A program made the position numbers and the translations under genes. A stretch of 60,567 bases of DNA from Circinaria calcarea (lineage: Eukaryota). The stretch is taken from positions 1 through 60,567 of the forward strand of contig JAVECS010000005.1 of NCBI GenBank assembly GCA_051942165.1. The letters run 5' to 3'. Below the pieces are notes generated by a model, which worked only from the letters and a program-made list of their open reading frames with translations, searched no databases and was not told where the DNA came from. This document shows, one piece after another, positions 13,621 through 25,819 of this stretch; position 1 is the first letter of the stretch, and each line of letters begins with the position of its first letter.

Positions 13621-14667
13621 TCTTGGAGGGTATCAAGAGTAGTACTTGCAAGATGGGAATATGGGTGAAATTATGTATGTTGTGTGTCTTGATCAGTATT
13701 TCCTGTAATGGCGAATATAGCAGTAGTGCTCTTGGAAACCATAGAAGTGGTAAGGCAAAGCAGATGTGGGAGCTAATCTTGATACCCTATATCACTCCTG
13801 TCCATCCAGAAAAGAATGTGTGTCTAGTGGTGGTGGCTTGATGATTAAGCTAAAACCCAAAGGACATGCCGATGTGTAGTATACCCACAATGTTACAGAT
13901 ACTAATTAATCAGTGGCCCGGATAGGTTGTGTGGTCGGCATTGAATGGCAAACGGATCTTCTGAAGCTGAGGCTGCATTCGGCTCCCGCACTGAGGGACA
14001 TGGCTGCCGCTCAGGATCAAAGATACTGGGCCCGATTCATTTCAGCTTTCAGTACACCGATTTCCGAAGTGGCTACGATGAAGGAATTTCAACTAGAAAG
14101 TCTAGGTACTGTATGTAAAGGGCAGGTACTAACAATCCTCTGCTTTTAACGATTCACTTTGAGATTCGAAATGACAGTTTAGACATTGGCCCTGCCACTG
14201 AGACCACTTCCGAGCGTTGGTGAAGAGCAGCATTTACGGGAAGATGAAGAGCAGACATCTTTTGTCGACCAAGGCAGTCAGTCTCGTGCGAGCTACTCCG
14301 GGCAGCTGCAGTAACCAAGAACGGAGATGAGGGGGAAGGAATTAACTACGATGAATATCTTATGTTGGGGGACTTCGAGTAAGAAGATCGAAATACGAAG
14401 GTCGGTGGGGACATTCGGGGAAATATGATACATCTCGGGATCAGTTTCATCCCTCCCCGAGCACCAGCGACCTCGGATGAACAAATTCCCATATGCCCCC
14501 GTCATCGACTTATTCCAACTCCCAGCGTTGGCAAATCAGGTGCAGCATCAGTGCTCAGAACGGAGAAACGATATCGGGATTGATATAGGTCCAGTCGCTC
14601 TCTCTCTTTCTCTTTCCCTGACCGTCATCCGTTATTGACAAGATACCTCGCGCGATCCTATAACAGC

Positions 14668-16306
14668 ATGGGCGGCTCAAAGGCCCCAGTCGGTCCTGCG
14701 ATCGCGGGGCAGTCGTCAGCCCAGAACTACGGATGGAATCCTTCTTCCCCGGAGGATGCGCCGGGGAACCCTCCAATATCTTCAACGCCCCGTCGTCTTT
14801 CACGTTCGGGTTTGCTGGACATCAAATCGGTCGGTGCTTTGGCTCGCCGGACTTTGGGCCTGGGGCTTCTGTTCGCTACCGTGCTACTATGGACGGGTTC
14901 CAATTTCCTGGCCAGCGTAAGTCCACAAGCCGGATGTGTTGTTCCTACGACCATAGTGTTGATTCGTTGTCCGTAGACCATATTTGCAGACGATTCGTTT
15001 TCGAAGCCTTACTTTGTCACGTATCTGAATATGTCCTTCTTCGCGCTCTCCCTTCCCATGATATTTATCAAGCGGTTGTGGGTTGCCGGCGGATCAATTA
15101 GAAAGGCCATGCGTGGAGAGGATAGCGCCAGTTTCTCTACAGCCATAACTCCGGATGAACGTGAGGCCTGTTTGAAGCCGGCTGTCGATAACCAGCCAGT
15201 AGGCGGTAAGTCATCGTCCAAGAATTTTATCGCAATCCCGGAGTGTTGTCCGCGCTTATGCCAATCCAGACAATATGCTTAAGGTTTGGGAGACTGCTAC
15301 GTTGAGTCTTAGATTTTGTGTATTATGGGTAAGTAAGTCTAGCATGCCCATCACTGTCTATTTCAGATCTACTTACTGAAGCTGTAGTTCCTGGTACGTA
15401 CGATGCATCTCGATTTAGCCGTGGAACTCTCTGAACATTCTATTAGCTGAACTTCTTTGCGTCCTTCAGTCTTAAGTTTACAACTGTCGCCAGCACAACC
15501 ATATTGTACTCTACCAGTAGTAGGTTGTACGCAATATCCAACCATGTCAGTCTGACACTGTTAGGCATCTGGACCCTGCTTTTCGGAGCCTTGATCAGAG
15601 TTGAAAGATTCAGCGTCAAGAAACTTGTGGGAGTTCTGGCTTCCCTAACAGGCGTCATCCTCATTTCCAGCGTTGATCTCTCTGGTGACAGCGACAGAAA
15701 TCGAGGGTCCTTTCCCCACAAATCCCTTGTGCAAATCGCTATCGGTGATGGATTGGCACTGAGCAGTGCCATCCTCTACGGTGTCTATAGTATATCTTTG
15801 AAGAAAAGAATCGGAGACGGGGATAGAGTTGACATGTTCCTCTTTTTCGGCTTTATTGGGGCATGGAGCGTCGTACTCTTGTGGCCAGGTTTCTTGATCC
15901 TTCATCTCACAGGTGCTGAGATCTTTGAGTTACCCTCAACGAAAACAATATGGACTATTGTATTGGTGGGTAGTCACTTTGACATTACCTCGCGAGAGGA
16001 AGTGCAACTAAGTTTTGATTGCAGGTAAACGCTGCTATCTCACTTGTCTCAGATCTTTGCTGGATGTATTCAAACCTCTTAACCTCGCCACTAGTGGTCG
16101 CTGTCGGGCTAAGCCTGTCCATTCCACTTTCACTTGTCGGTCAGATGATCTTAAACTCGCAAAAGTCAAGTCTGACGTACTGGATTGGAGCGGGGGTTGT
16201 CGTTCTGTCCTTCGTGTTTATCAATCATGAGGTCAAAGACCAGGATCTGCAGCCGCATGGCGCTGAGTGGCCCGATGAAAATGTCATTGGTAACTCGAGC
16301 GGATAA
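14668..16306 (+). CDS. EamA/DMT-superfamily transporter, THI74/YML018C/SLC35F5-like (multi-exon)
   Basis: RRTLGLGLLFATVLLWTGSNFLAS|TIFADDSFSKPYFVTYLN, TTVASTTILYSTS, GDGLALSSAILYGVYS, LTSPLVVAVGLSLSIPLSL; many hydrophobic helices; 6-nt micro-exon at 15388-15393. Confidence 0.9.
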
Positions 16307-16544
16307 TGGACATTAAGACTAGGAATACATAGAAGGGTTCACAGGGCGCCAGGAATCAACAACATCAACAGGGGGCGAATGACTGCTAAGGCGGCATGTG
16401 TAAGTTTGGTCTTGACCTTGACGTCTCCAGTGATTTAGATACTTGACCCTGGTTTACGTACTGGTCCAGATCTATTTACATGTCTTAGGTATGAGAACTC
16501 GACATGATACTATGCCTAATATGGCATGATGTCGAAACATAGTC

Positions 16545-17880
16545 CTACCGGCAGATTTGATTGTCTTTCAGCTCGCTTGGTGAAGAAGCTCCATCCGCCG
16601 GCGTGACTTGATCGCTAGAGGGCCTCCTTTGCCAATGTTCGAGCATTCCCTCTACCTCCGGACCCCATGTATCTTCTCCCTTGCTCAGCTGATCGTACGC
16701 CATGACATTTTTCCCCAGTTCAAAATCGCCTTGCCTTGTCCTTACCAACTCAGCCATGATCCCTAGTGAACCAAGGGCTTTCCCAAGGTCATGGCATAGC
16801 GACCGAACGTAGAAGCCTGACGTTACGGTCATTCGAAGCTTAACCGCTGGTGGACCTTTCTCTGATACTGGTAGGTGGCTAGAATCCTGTGCAGTCTGTG
16901 CATGCTCAGAAGGATTGAGTTGGGGGATCTCAATATCAGCCTCTTCAGGAGTCTGGAGGGCGCCAGACATGAGATACTCTCGACCATTTCCGCGTCGTTT
17001 CGAGGCCGGTTTTAGACCAAACTCAACTTCTTCTTCATTATCATCATCCATCATATTTTTCCTTTTTAATTCCTTGGAAGCATTCGGGGTAAGGGATGAT
17101 GTCAGGACTGGCTCCGATGAGCGAGGTTCTTGTGTTGCACTGGCGTTATCAAGTTGTAGTACTTTCGATGCAATTTCCTTCTCTTCCCGTTCAGCTTCTT
17201 TTGCCGGCCATTTATATTCATGACTCCCAGGACTTAGCCAGTCTAGCATCTCAAGCTCCTCGACCGTCACTGTCCTCTCCTGAATTTCCACTGGAACCTC
17301 TTTTCCTTCCCGCGCATATTCGTAGAGCCGTTTCCCTTGCACTCTCAACGCAGAATACAAAGGCGGTCTCTGCATTATTGTGCCTCTAAAATCCTTGAGT
17401 GCCTTCTCAACCTTCTCACGCGTCAATTGATTGTATGGCGCTCGACTGAGAATTCTCCCTTGCACATCGTACGTGTCTGTGGCCGCGCCAAAAAGTAGCA
17501 CCGCCTCGTAGGTTTTCGTGCATCCTAAGAAGTTTGGGAGATGCTTGGTTCCATTGCCTATACCGGCAATGAGTACCCCAGTGGCCAGGGGATCTAAAGT
17601 CCCCCCATGGCCTATTTTGACATCGATTCGTTTGTTCTTTCGTCTGTTCCTCTGATTTGCGTTCACTCTCTGGCGTTCAACTTTCTCAGCAGCCATCCAC
17701 GGCGCAAACAGATTGGAAGGGTTGAAGGCATGTTGTAGATCACGGACTACTTGGGCGGAAGTAATGCCTTTAGGCTTGTCAATCGCTGGCTTGCCGTCAG
17801 CAGTCACAAAAAGTCATTGGAGTCGTGCCTACTTGCCCGAACTCACCGAAGACACCCTCTACAATCTTTGCTTTTGACAT
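16545..17880 (-). CDS. PUS4: tRNA pseudouridine-55 synthase (TruB family, 2 exons)
   Basis: MSKAKIVEGVF|AIDKPKGITSAQV, KIGHGGTLDPLATGVL, QRPPLYSAL, SGFYVRSLCHDLG, LVRTRQG. Confidence 0.95.
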
Positions 17881-18174
17881 GATCGATCGAAAGTAGAACG
17901 TGGTACTCATGCATGCTACCCGATTGTGCGCTTGGTGTAGAGACGACAATCAATTTGTTCTCGTAACAGAACTCGGCCTATTGTCGTTGTGGATTAGGTA
18001 AATCCAGAAATTTTCATCCTCGCCAGCTGATGCTGCCAAAAAAATCAGATGCCCGAGACAGCCTTCTAACTAGAATACTCTGTAACCGAATCGGTGATAA
18101 ATTACCCCGAGACCCAGCGGACCAGGACTGAGACGACAGCATCACCGAGGGGTAGCGTCCATGCATGGCATGCC

Positions 18175-19832
18175 ATGGATTTACAGGAAGGACTTGTCCT
18201 CGAACCACTGGAGCGCAGTATATGTGACGACTCTACTCAATGGCCAGAGTTTAGCCTGAAGAATGTAAGAGTGCTCTCCGAGGCTACTGGAGGCTTTGTG
18301 AGCTTGCTTGCTGCCCACCAGGCTTTTTCTGTACGTGTCGAAGGTATCTTGGAGGAAATTGATCCAGCCTACCTCGCACTGGGTACAATGTATAGTTTCA
18401 ACCCTGGTTTTCTCTTGCTGATACTTCTGGCCAGTCAAGAACTCCAGCTACCGAAGCACACCCATCATCCTCGAGAACGTCGTGACCTATTCGTTTTCGC
18501 AATTCGAAGATGGCACTTTTGGCTTTTGGGCAGCTGGTAAAGCCGGCTGGTTTGAATTACGAGATCCCAATAAGGCTTATCTAAAGTCCTACGAGGAAAT
18601 GAAAGAGGCAACAGGGATGTTCTACTACCTGGCAGACAAATACAGGAACATCCGGAAAAAGTACCGGAACGCAAGCGCCAAGATCAGCGAAGAACTTGTC
18701 AAATTTTTGTTCCACGATGTAGGACTCTCGTGGAATTGGTGAAGAGGCTGCTAACTGTGGCTAATGCCAGTACCTCATTTCGGTTGATTGCCAAAGGGCG
18801 AGCATAGACGATGTTTGCGAGGGTTTCGGTCAGCACCGCGAATTCTTGATCAGGTCAATGCTTGAAGGGCAAGAAGACCTGGACTGGGAGGCTTCTCCGA
18901 TACTGCAATATTTTAAATGGAGATTTCCGGTATGATACCTAGCGACTCTTTAGACAATACGTCTCATAAAGCCTTGTAGGATGATTGTATAGCTATCAAG
19001 CGGGTTCTGCAGGGATCGGATTTGATAGATGTCAACCAAGAGCTTGCCACATCGAGCAAACTTGCGAATAGTACGAAGCGCAAAACAACTCCGAGCTCCC
19101 AAGTCAACGCATTCTCTCAAAGCTCTTCTGGTAATTACATGGCAGCCACTCTGTTAACTGATACAAGCGAATCTAGAGAAGACGTTATAGAAGTCAAACC
19201 AAACCCTCGTGAACGCAAGCGAACGTCAATTCTCAGGCCAAAGGGTAACAAGACTTGCCAGAAAGCCGCTGCTCGAAGGCAAAGTCTACGGAAGATGGAT
19301 CAAACCAAAAGTTTCGAAGGCGGTACTCGTGAATATCTAGGGTCGCCGATGGAGATTGATGATGATGATGCAATGAGTGGCCAGACTGTTTCTACTTGTT
19401 CCTTCTTGTATTCAGACGCTGCAGTAAAGTCCGGCAGGACGTTTTCGCCAGCTACCGGGATAACAAAAGTTAGGCATGCTGACAGCGTTCTCCCTAAATA
19501 TTTCGAGCCCCGAGATCACGGTGATACGTGGGATTGCTCATTCGACAAATGCAACCACAAAGTGTGGCAAGCCAGGCAGCCTGACTCGGTGGAGATGATG
19601 AAGCAGCATTTTTTAATTGTCCATAAAGGAGATGCGCAACACCTCATCGACCAGGAGAGAAGGCCATGGCTTTCCGTAAGGTACGTGTCATAAAGACCAC
19701 GTTAGTTAAACTTCATCCGGCTAACTCTGCATAAGCCACCTTCTCCGGAGGATTGATGGCATGGCACCAGTGCGAGAGGCTATTGCACCTCCGAAGCCAG
19801 GGTTCCCTGCACGAATAATTCGGCGATACTAG
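18175..19832 (+). CDS. RFTS (DNMT1 replication-foci) domain protein with C-terminal C2H2-like finger; Raf2/DIM-7-like (5 exons)
   Basis: WPEFSLKNVRV...VRVEG, YSFSQFEDGTFGFWAAGKAGWFELRDPNKAYLKSYEEMKEA (fungal RFTS-like); WDCSFDKCNH...QHFLIVH finger; last exon ends PARIIRRY*. Confidence 0.72.
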
Positions 19833-20100
19833 CTTTCCGCATTGATTGGCTTTCTTTGTGATACCCAAATTATCTTGATACATGATCGAATATTTCGAGT
19901 ATCCAGCGGTCTACCATGAAAAAACCAGAAAGTTTCCCGCGGCCGTTGGCCTTGAAATCAGCATGGTCAAGGACGGGTTTTCTGATAATGGCACAAAATA
20001 GTACGAATATCACGGTGATTAAATTGGTTGACGATACATACATGCAATGTATAGCAAGATCATCATACTGCTTGGGTTCTGAGTCGTAAACAAACTCAGG

Positions 20101-21440
20101 TCATGACTGCTTTGCTCTTCTACTCTTTCCAAAGCGCTGCGCACCCGTGTTTTGCCCTTTCATCTTCTTCGATGAAAAACCCCTGATATCACCACTTGAC
20201 GCTGCATCGCCACTCTTGGAATAACGCTTCTTCCCCCCGAAACCAAACTTCGCGTCCTTCTTTTGCCTTTTATTGGGTGTCCGCGCTGCAACGCCGGTTT
20301 GCCTTTTCTTCGCCGATCTATCCGTCTTGGTCTCGTTTTCCAAAGCCACATCGAACAAATCATCTTCTTGCACATTGCCGGTATCTGTATCCTTTCGTTC
20401 TAGAGTGCCGTATTAATCCATCTAATGTGTGCACTCGAGCACAAACGGGGGGAGAGACTTACTCCTTTTTAGAATGTTGATCTTATCCAAGGTATCCCTT
20501 TTTGCCTTATCCCTTTGCTGCAACTTCGCAACTTGGACCTGCTTCCCGAATTTCTTTAGGTCCCGCTGCCTCCTCGCTTCCGCTGCTGCCTTCTTGTTAG
20601 CTGCCTCGTCGGTCATCTTCAGCTTGATCTTCCCCATGTGCTCGTCCGACTTTACCATTTCCGCAAAGTAGTCTGCCGGTCTTGAAAACGGGATGCCTTC
20701 TTTCTTCAGTAAACCCCGGGCTTCCGTTGCAGCGTCCAGACATTGCTTGTGGAATGCGAGTTCACGACTGAGGTCGTCATTAACATCGGCTATCGAGATT
20801 TGGGTGGTCGAAGTGATACTCTGGTGTTCGGAAAAAGGAACGTTGTAAATGGGGAGAGCAATTGCTTTTTGAGCCTTGATAAGGGCGGACGTATTGTTAA
20901 TCGTTAGGCGTTGGTGAGGAATGATATCAGCTCTGTCATCGTCTGAGAGTTCTTCTAGGTCGGAAAGTGCGATATCGTCCTGGTCCAGACCTGAATTAGA
21001 CCCATGCTCACTTTCTGAACCCGAAACAGTGCCTTGAAGTTTCTTGTTTAAATTATCATTGGTAGAGATTGAACTATCGCTATCGTCAATGCGATCAATG
21101 TTTGACTGAGGCTTTACATCAGCCACAGTCTTGGACGAGCCCGCGGAAGCATTCATGGAAGTGGTTCAATACATGCTCTTTCACTCACAGCGGTAGGCGC
21201 ATCTTCGCTCTTGTCACTCTCCCATCCATCGCTCTCTTCTTCAGGTAATAGAGTTTCAGCGTTAAATTTTAACCTTGCTCCATGCTCGTCCCCGTCCTCG
21301 CCTTCCGGGGACTGGGGTGCTTGTTTGGCCATTTTCTTCTTCTTCTCCGCCTTCCTTTGTAAAGCCTTTTGCTTCTCAACTTTATAATTTCTTCCCTTAT
21401 GTGCATCTAGCGCAGTAAGCAGTTTGCTTTTCTTCGCCAT
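20101..21440 (-). CDS. EBP2: rRNA-processing protein Ebp2 (3 exons)
   Basis: DVNDDLSRELAFHKQ, PFSRPADYFAEMVKSDEHM, RDLKKFGKQVQ, KDAKFGFGGKKR. Confidence 0.95.
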
Positions 21441-21759
21441 GTTGTTCCGCAATGATCAATTGCCTTGATGGAGCAAGTAAGGTCTATTAATTCAATGACC
21501 CTGTACCGAGTACCAATGGTTTTACTTTTACGCGAAGAGCTTTACTGTGGGTAGCCTATTACCGCTGCAACGCCATTGCAGAATAGACGCGATAAACGCC
21601 ATTCCAGCAGCCTTTGTGTTCATCAGTATATACATACCAGTTGGATCCTAATTTCGATTTCGGACCTAAGCCGCCTGTTCCAGCAAAGCACCCAATTCGC
21701 GACCTGCGGCCCATACAGTTCCAACATTTCACCGAAATTCGCCGCACAGAAAGTGTCTA

Positions 21760-21771
21760 TGTCACGTGACA
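21760..21771. promoter_or_regulatory. Palindromic E-box TGTCACGTGACA (Cbf1-type bHLH site) in the EBP2/HSBP1 divergent promoter
   Basis: Perfect 12-bp palindrome containing the TCACGTG core; a similar TCACGTGA lies at 36883-36890. Confidence 0.4.
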
Positions 21772-21898
21772 AACCCTACTACGGTCTCAGAACACCACAA
21801 ACGCCAATCAGGACCTCCTGGAGTACCACTTCTCGCGGGGCTTTGCCCGTTAACAAACCCATTATCGGTTTCAAGTTTTAGCTGTAGTAATTAAAAAA

Positions 21899-22256
21899 AT
21901 GTCCGAAGCAAGCCAAGACCGGGTGACTGCTGATGGCCATTTGCAAACTCAATCTGTAAGTCCTTCGGATTTTTGCAGGAGAATAAGCAGAGCGTTGACA
22001 CGTCCGTGAAAAACAGAATGCGGAGAACGCAGCCATCGAGCTAGGTTCCATGATCGATCAACTTCTCGATGAGTTGTCCACCAAATTCAAGGCTATCTCA
22101 ACCGAGATCTTTGCCAAAAGCAAGGCTGGCCTCAGTACTTGAGATAGTTATAACACCTTCTAATATCATATAGTGGATGACATGTCACGCCGCCTAGACA
22201 AACTTGAAGCCTCCATTATGGCTTTTCAGACCGATGAGACTGACCACACCAAATAG
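21899..22256 (+). CDS. HSBP1: Heat shock factor-binding protein 1 family small coiled-coil protein (3 exons; absent from the ORF track)
   Basis: Spliced MSEASQDRVTADGHLQTQS|NAENAAIELGSMIDQLLDELSTKFKAISTEIFAK|MDDMSRRLDKLEASI; the (M)DDMSxRLDxLE motif is typical of HSBP1. Confidence 0.88.
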
Positions 22257-22479
22257 TCAAAATGGCTTGCCGGGGAATGCATAGATTGGCGGCGTAAGGG
22301 CGTTCGGGGGGCTTTCACATGTCTCACGTAGAGGTGCATTGATTCTTTCAATTACAAATGTCACGGATACCCTTAAGACTATCTCAAAACGATCAGTGGA
22401 TTAGTTTCCCGGTGCAACTACCATTTTATTAGTTTCCACGAGCGAATTGGGCAACACATAATCTAAATTGTAGTGAAGC

Positions 22480-23628
22480 TTATAACTCATCCTTCGATTC
22501 TCCCTTAGTCGAAAAACTTCTTAGGATATTAGACCGCGACGTAAGATCATCTACCTTCTCAGGCGCTAAACCACCCTTCTTAAGAAGACCCTGAAGTCTC
22601 GCCAATTCCTTATCCACGTAACCTTGGCTCTTACCCAATCGCTCGAAGACTTTTATGTAATACTCTGCATATTTATCTTTCAAGCCCGTAGCCGCTTTGA
22701 CAGCCTCTTCTGATACTGTAGCAAGGGTGCCACCCGCCACGAACTCGGATACAATAGTGTCCAGCGCCTCCACAGTACCGGCTTTTGCGTCAAGTCCACC
22801 CCCAACAGCCCGATGGGTTCCAGCATGCTCGTTAAGGAAATCGACAAAGTCTTTTTCCGATCGCCCACCCTCGTAAGCCTGCGGCGTGGTCGAACCTTTG
22901 GGGAAGTATTTGATGGTCGGATACGACTTTATACCTTGGGCTTCTGCGGTGGATTTGGAGTTGGCTGCTTCGGCATCCACCTTAGCGATGAGTACCGTAG
23001 GCTCAGCAGCAAAGTCTTGGGCTATAGTCTCCCATACCGGGGCGAGAGATTTGCAGTCTAGAGTCGAATAAGTTTACGGCAAATACAACTAGAAATTCAT
23101 ACCAGACTCACGTCCACACCAGGGGGCTGTAAAAGCCACCAGAACATCTTTCTCACCACCAACCTGTTGCTTGAAGGTCTTGTCGTTCAACAATTCAACA
23201 GCGCTGGGGGCGGCCTTCTTCGCTTTGGGTTTGAGCCCAGTCTTATCGGTTATCCACTTGGAAAGACTTTCGAGATCCCTACCCCCAGTATAGTCCATGG
23301 GCTTGTCGCTTTTACCGTCAAACCATTTCAACGTTGGGAAGCCTTGAACACCGAACTTCCGTCCTAGCTCTTTGTGGTTGTCTGCATCCACTTTGGCGAT
23401 AGAAACCTTGTCTTCGGCGAACGCAAAGTGTTGTGCCAGCTCCTCGTAGATGGGCGCGAGTGTTTTGCAGTGTCCGCACCATGGAGCGAAGAACTCCACC
23501 AACGCTGGCTTCCCGGAATTCAAGACCACTTGATCAAAATTACTAGGGATGAGATCTAAGACTGATGAGGCAGCATTAACACCAAGTACGGCAAGTGAGG
23601 ATAACAGAAGGTAGCTAAGTCGAGTCAT
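22480..23628 (-). CDS. tigA: Protein disulfide isomerase of the TigA/ERp38 type (two thioredoxin domains plus ERp29-like C-terminus)
   Basis: Signal peptide, FFAPWCGHCK and FTAPWCG|HCK (second one split by an intron), C-terminal KDEL. Confidence 0.93.
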
Positions 23629-24058
23629 GATGATCGGAGGTGAGGAAGTTGTGCCTGAAAACGGCGACTGCTGAAGGAATATGAGTAAGTTTGGAAAGAC
23701 ACCGGACCCCAGGTATGCGTAAGAATCCCTTCGGGAATACAGGAGACATAAGGCCAGACTGGTGGCAAATCACCGGTTGTATAGTTTCTCCGTACCCCGC
23801 GGGGATCCTCTCGATCAAATCAACCATATTTTTCAAATAAACGGCCTCTACAATTCAGTGCCATTATACTCTTAGTCTGTACTGCGCACGTTGTACAAGC
23901 AGCTTGACTTTGAGACCTAGGTGTCACGTCTAACACAGTACTCTTATCTCTGTTTGGGCGTATGATCAAGTTGAAATCACTACGGTAAAGGATTTCCGTT
24001 GCTTATTATAACCGTCACAGAGTGCGCTCTGTATCAGGAGTTTAGCTACATATAGATT

Positions 24059-25303
24059 ATGGACGCGGGAAAGACCATGTCTTCGCCTTTCCTAGGAAAT
24101 GTTGTTGAGATATGTATTGTCACCAATGACCACAAGCGTGTGGTCGATGGGTTGATCCGCCTCGGAATCGGTCCTTTCCAGATCTATGATTTCAATGCTT
24201 CCTCCGTCTCTTCCCAAAAGTACTTTGGTCAATCCGCATCTTCGGAATTGAAGGTTTGCTTCGCAACTGCGGGTTCGGTGGTTTGGGAGATTATGCAACC
24301 TGTCTCTGGTCCCTCAATAATGGCCGATTTCCTCGAGTCGCATGGCGAGGGCATCCATCATGTTGCGTTTGACTGTGATCATATGCCGGTCCAAGAGCGG
24401 AAACATGAGTTCTTGAAGAGAGGCTTCCAATTAGCTCAAGAAGGTGTTTGGCATGGCAAGAAAGGCACATGCCATTTCACGTTCTATGATACGGAGGGAG
24501 CGACGAGCATGTGCTTCGAGTCGTACGACTTCTCTCCTGACTGGGAGTTCCCAGCCGATACAGTATGGTATCCCGCCCCACCCACCAAAGTACCAATGTC
24601 AACATCAACGGCAGCGTCGGCCGTCCCCACACAGACCGCCAGTCCACCCCTTTTTGCAGCCCTTGATCCGGGCACGACTGGTGTTCTTACAGCCCGTAGA
24701 GGCAAACCCCTCCCACTCAAGCAGGGCCAGTTCCTGAAAATCATCAATACTCACGGCAAGCAAGTCATTGACTTCTTCGCCTTTGGCCTCAGTTCTGATA
24801 TGCGACCCCTTCCGCCCGATTCCACCGAGTATCTCTCGATGCAACACACGCGGGCCATGAACCTCCGTACAATTCCAAAATCAGGAGATATATTATACAG
24901 CAACCGTCGCAAACCTATGCTCAAGCTGGTGGGAGATTCATCGCCAGGGGTACACGATACGCTCATCCCAGCTTGCGATGCAAAGCGGTACGAACTGCTA
25001 GGCGTAACAGACTATCACGAGTCATGCTCGGAGAACCTGCACGTTGCACTATCTGAAATGAAGTTTCAATTTCCGAAGTATGTTACGCCTGCTCCGTTCA
25101 ACCTGTTCATGAACGTTCCCGTGGGTAAAGATGGCAGCATGTCATTTCAAGAGCCCGAAAGCAAGGGGGGCAATTATGTAGTCTTTGAGGCGATAGAGAA
25201 TTGTGTTGCTGTGATGAGCGCTTGTCCTCAGGACATCACTCCCGTAAACGGGTTAATCCCCATGGATTGTCATTATGAGATATCGTACTGGAAGGAGGAC
25301 TGA
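24059..25303 (+). CDS. Intronless two-domain protein: VOC/glyoxalase (methylmalonyl-CoA epimerase-like) domain plus DUF1989 (urea carboxylase-associated) domain
   Basis: N-half: VVEICIV..LGIGPF..WEIMQPVSGPSIMADFLESHGEGIHHVAFD; Pro/Thr/Ser linker; C-half: GKQVIDFFAF, LSMQHTR, GDILYSNRRKPML, HDTLIPAC, HESCSENL, PFNLFMNVPV, MSACPQD. Confidence 0.85.
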   Translation: MDAGKTMSSPFLGNVVEICIVTNDHKRVVDGLIRLGIGPFQIYDFNASSVSSQKYFGQSASSELKVCFATAGSVVWEIMQPVSGPSIMADFLESHGEGIHHVAFDCDHMPVQERKHEFLKRGFQLAQEGVWHGKKGTCHFTFYDTEGATSMCFESYDFSPDWEFPADTVWYPAPPTKVPMSTSTAASAVPTQTASPPLFAALDPGTTGVLTARRGKPLPLKQGQFLKIINTHGKQVIDFFAFGLSSDMRPLPPDSTEYLSMQHTRAMNLRTIPKSGDILYSNRRKPMLKLVGDSSPGVHDTLIPACDAKRYELLGVTDYHESCSENLHVALSEMKFQFPKYVTPAPFNLFMNVPVGKDGSMSFQEPESKGGNYVVFEAIENCVAVMSACPQDITPVNGLIPMDCHYEISYWKED

Positions 25304-25819
25304 TCAGAGCTGTTGCGGCATGAGAGCATCCATCTAGACATGGTCCCAATAGCTTAACCTGGCCATTTTAGCACACACGCGTATCCCATAAATTTGATCA
25401 TCTATGTGCTCGCACTCCAGCTGTTGAGGCCCTGTGCAGGCGTCTGCAGTCCCTCTCTTTACTTCATGAATGGTTTTACGTCGAGGAACATGTCGACCGG
25501 TCAAGTAACTGTCTCGGGCTTGAAATAGTACCGGATGTAGGGGCGTGAAGCAAAATTTACTGGATATTTTACCGTCTAATTTATTGACAAGTCACTGGGT
25601 GAGAGGCTATAGTTAGGGTTTAGGTCTCCTGAAGTTTGGCTTATCGAAGTACTCCGTAGTCCGCACTAGTGATGAAACTAGACTAGGTGCGCGGACCCAT
25701 TTTACCACAAATAAACACTCCACCCAAAACCTACAAGAGCAGCTGGCCATCATCAGCTCTCCGCTACCTCCGATCCATCTGTCGTCAAGACAGAAGGTTA
25801 GATTCCATTATTTCTCGAG

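Noticed and set aside
14171..14590. Coding-looking fragments upstream of the DMT transporter
   Set aside because: Broken by stops in every frame with no family signal; may be 5' UTR or decayed sequence
25612..25624. TTAGGGTTTAGG as telomeric repeat or telomerase template
   Set aside because: Only about two imperfect units in a promoter, with no array or supporting structure
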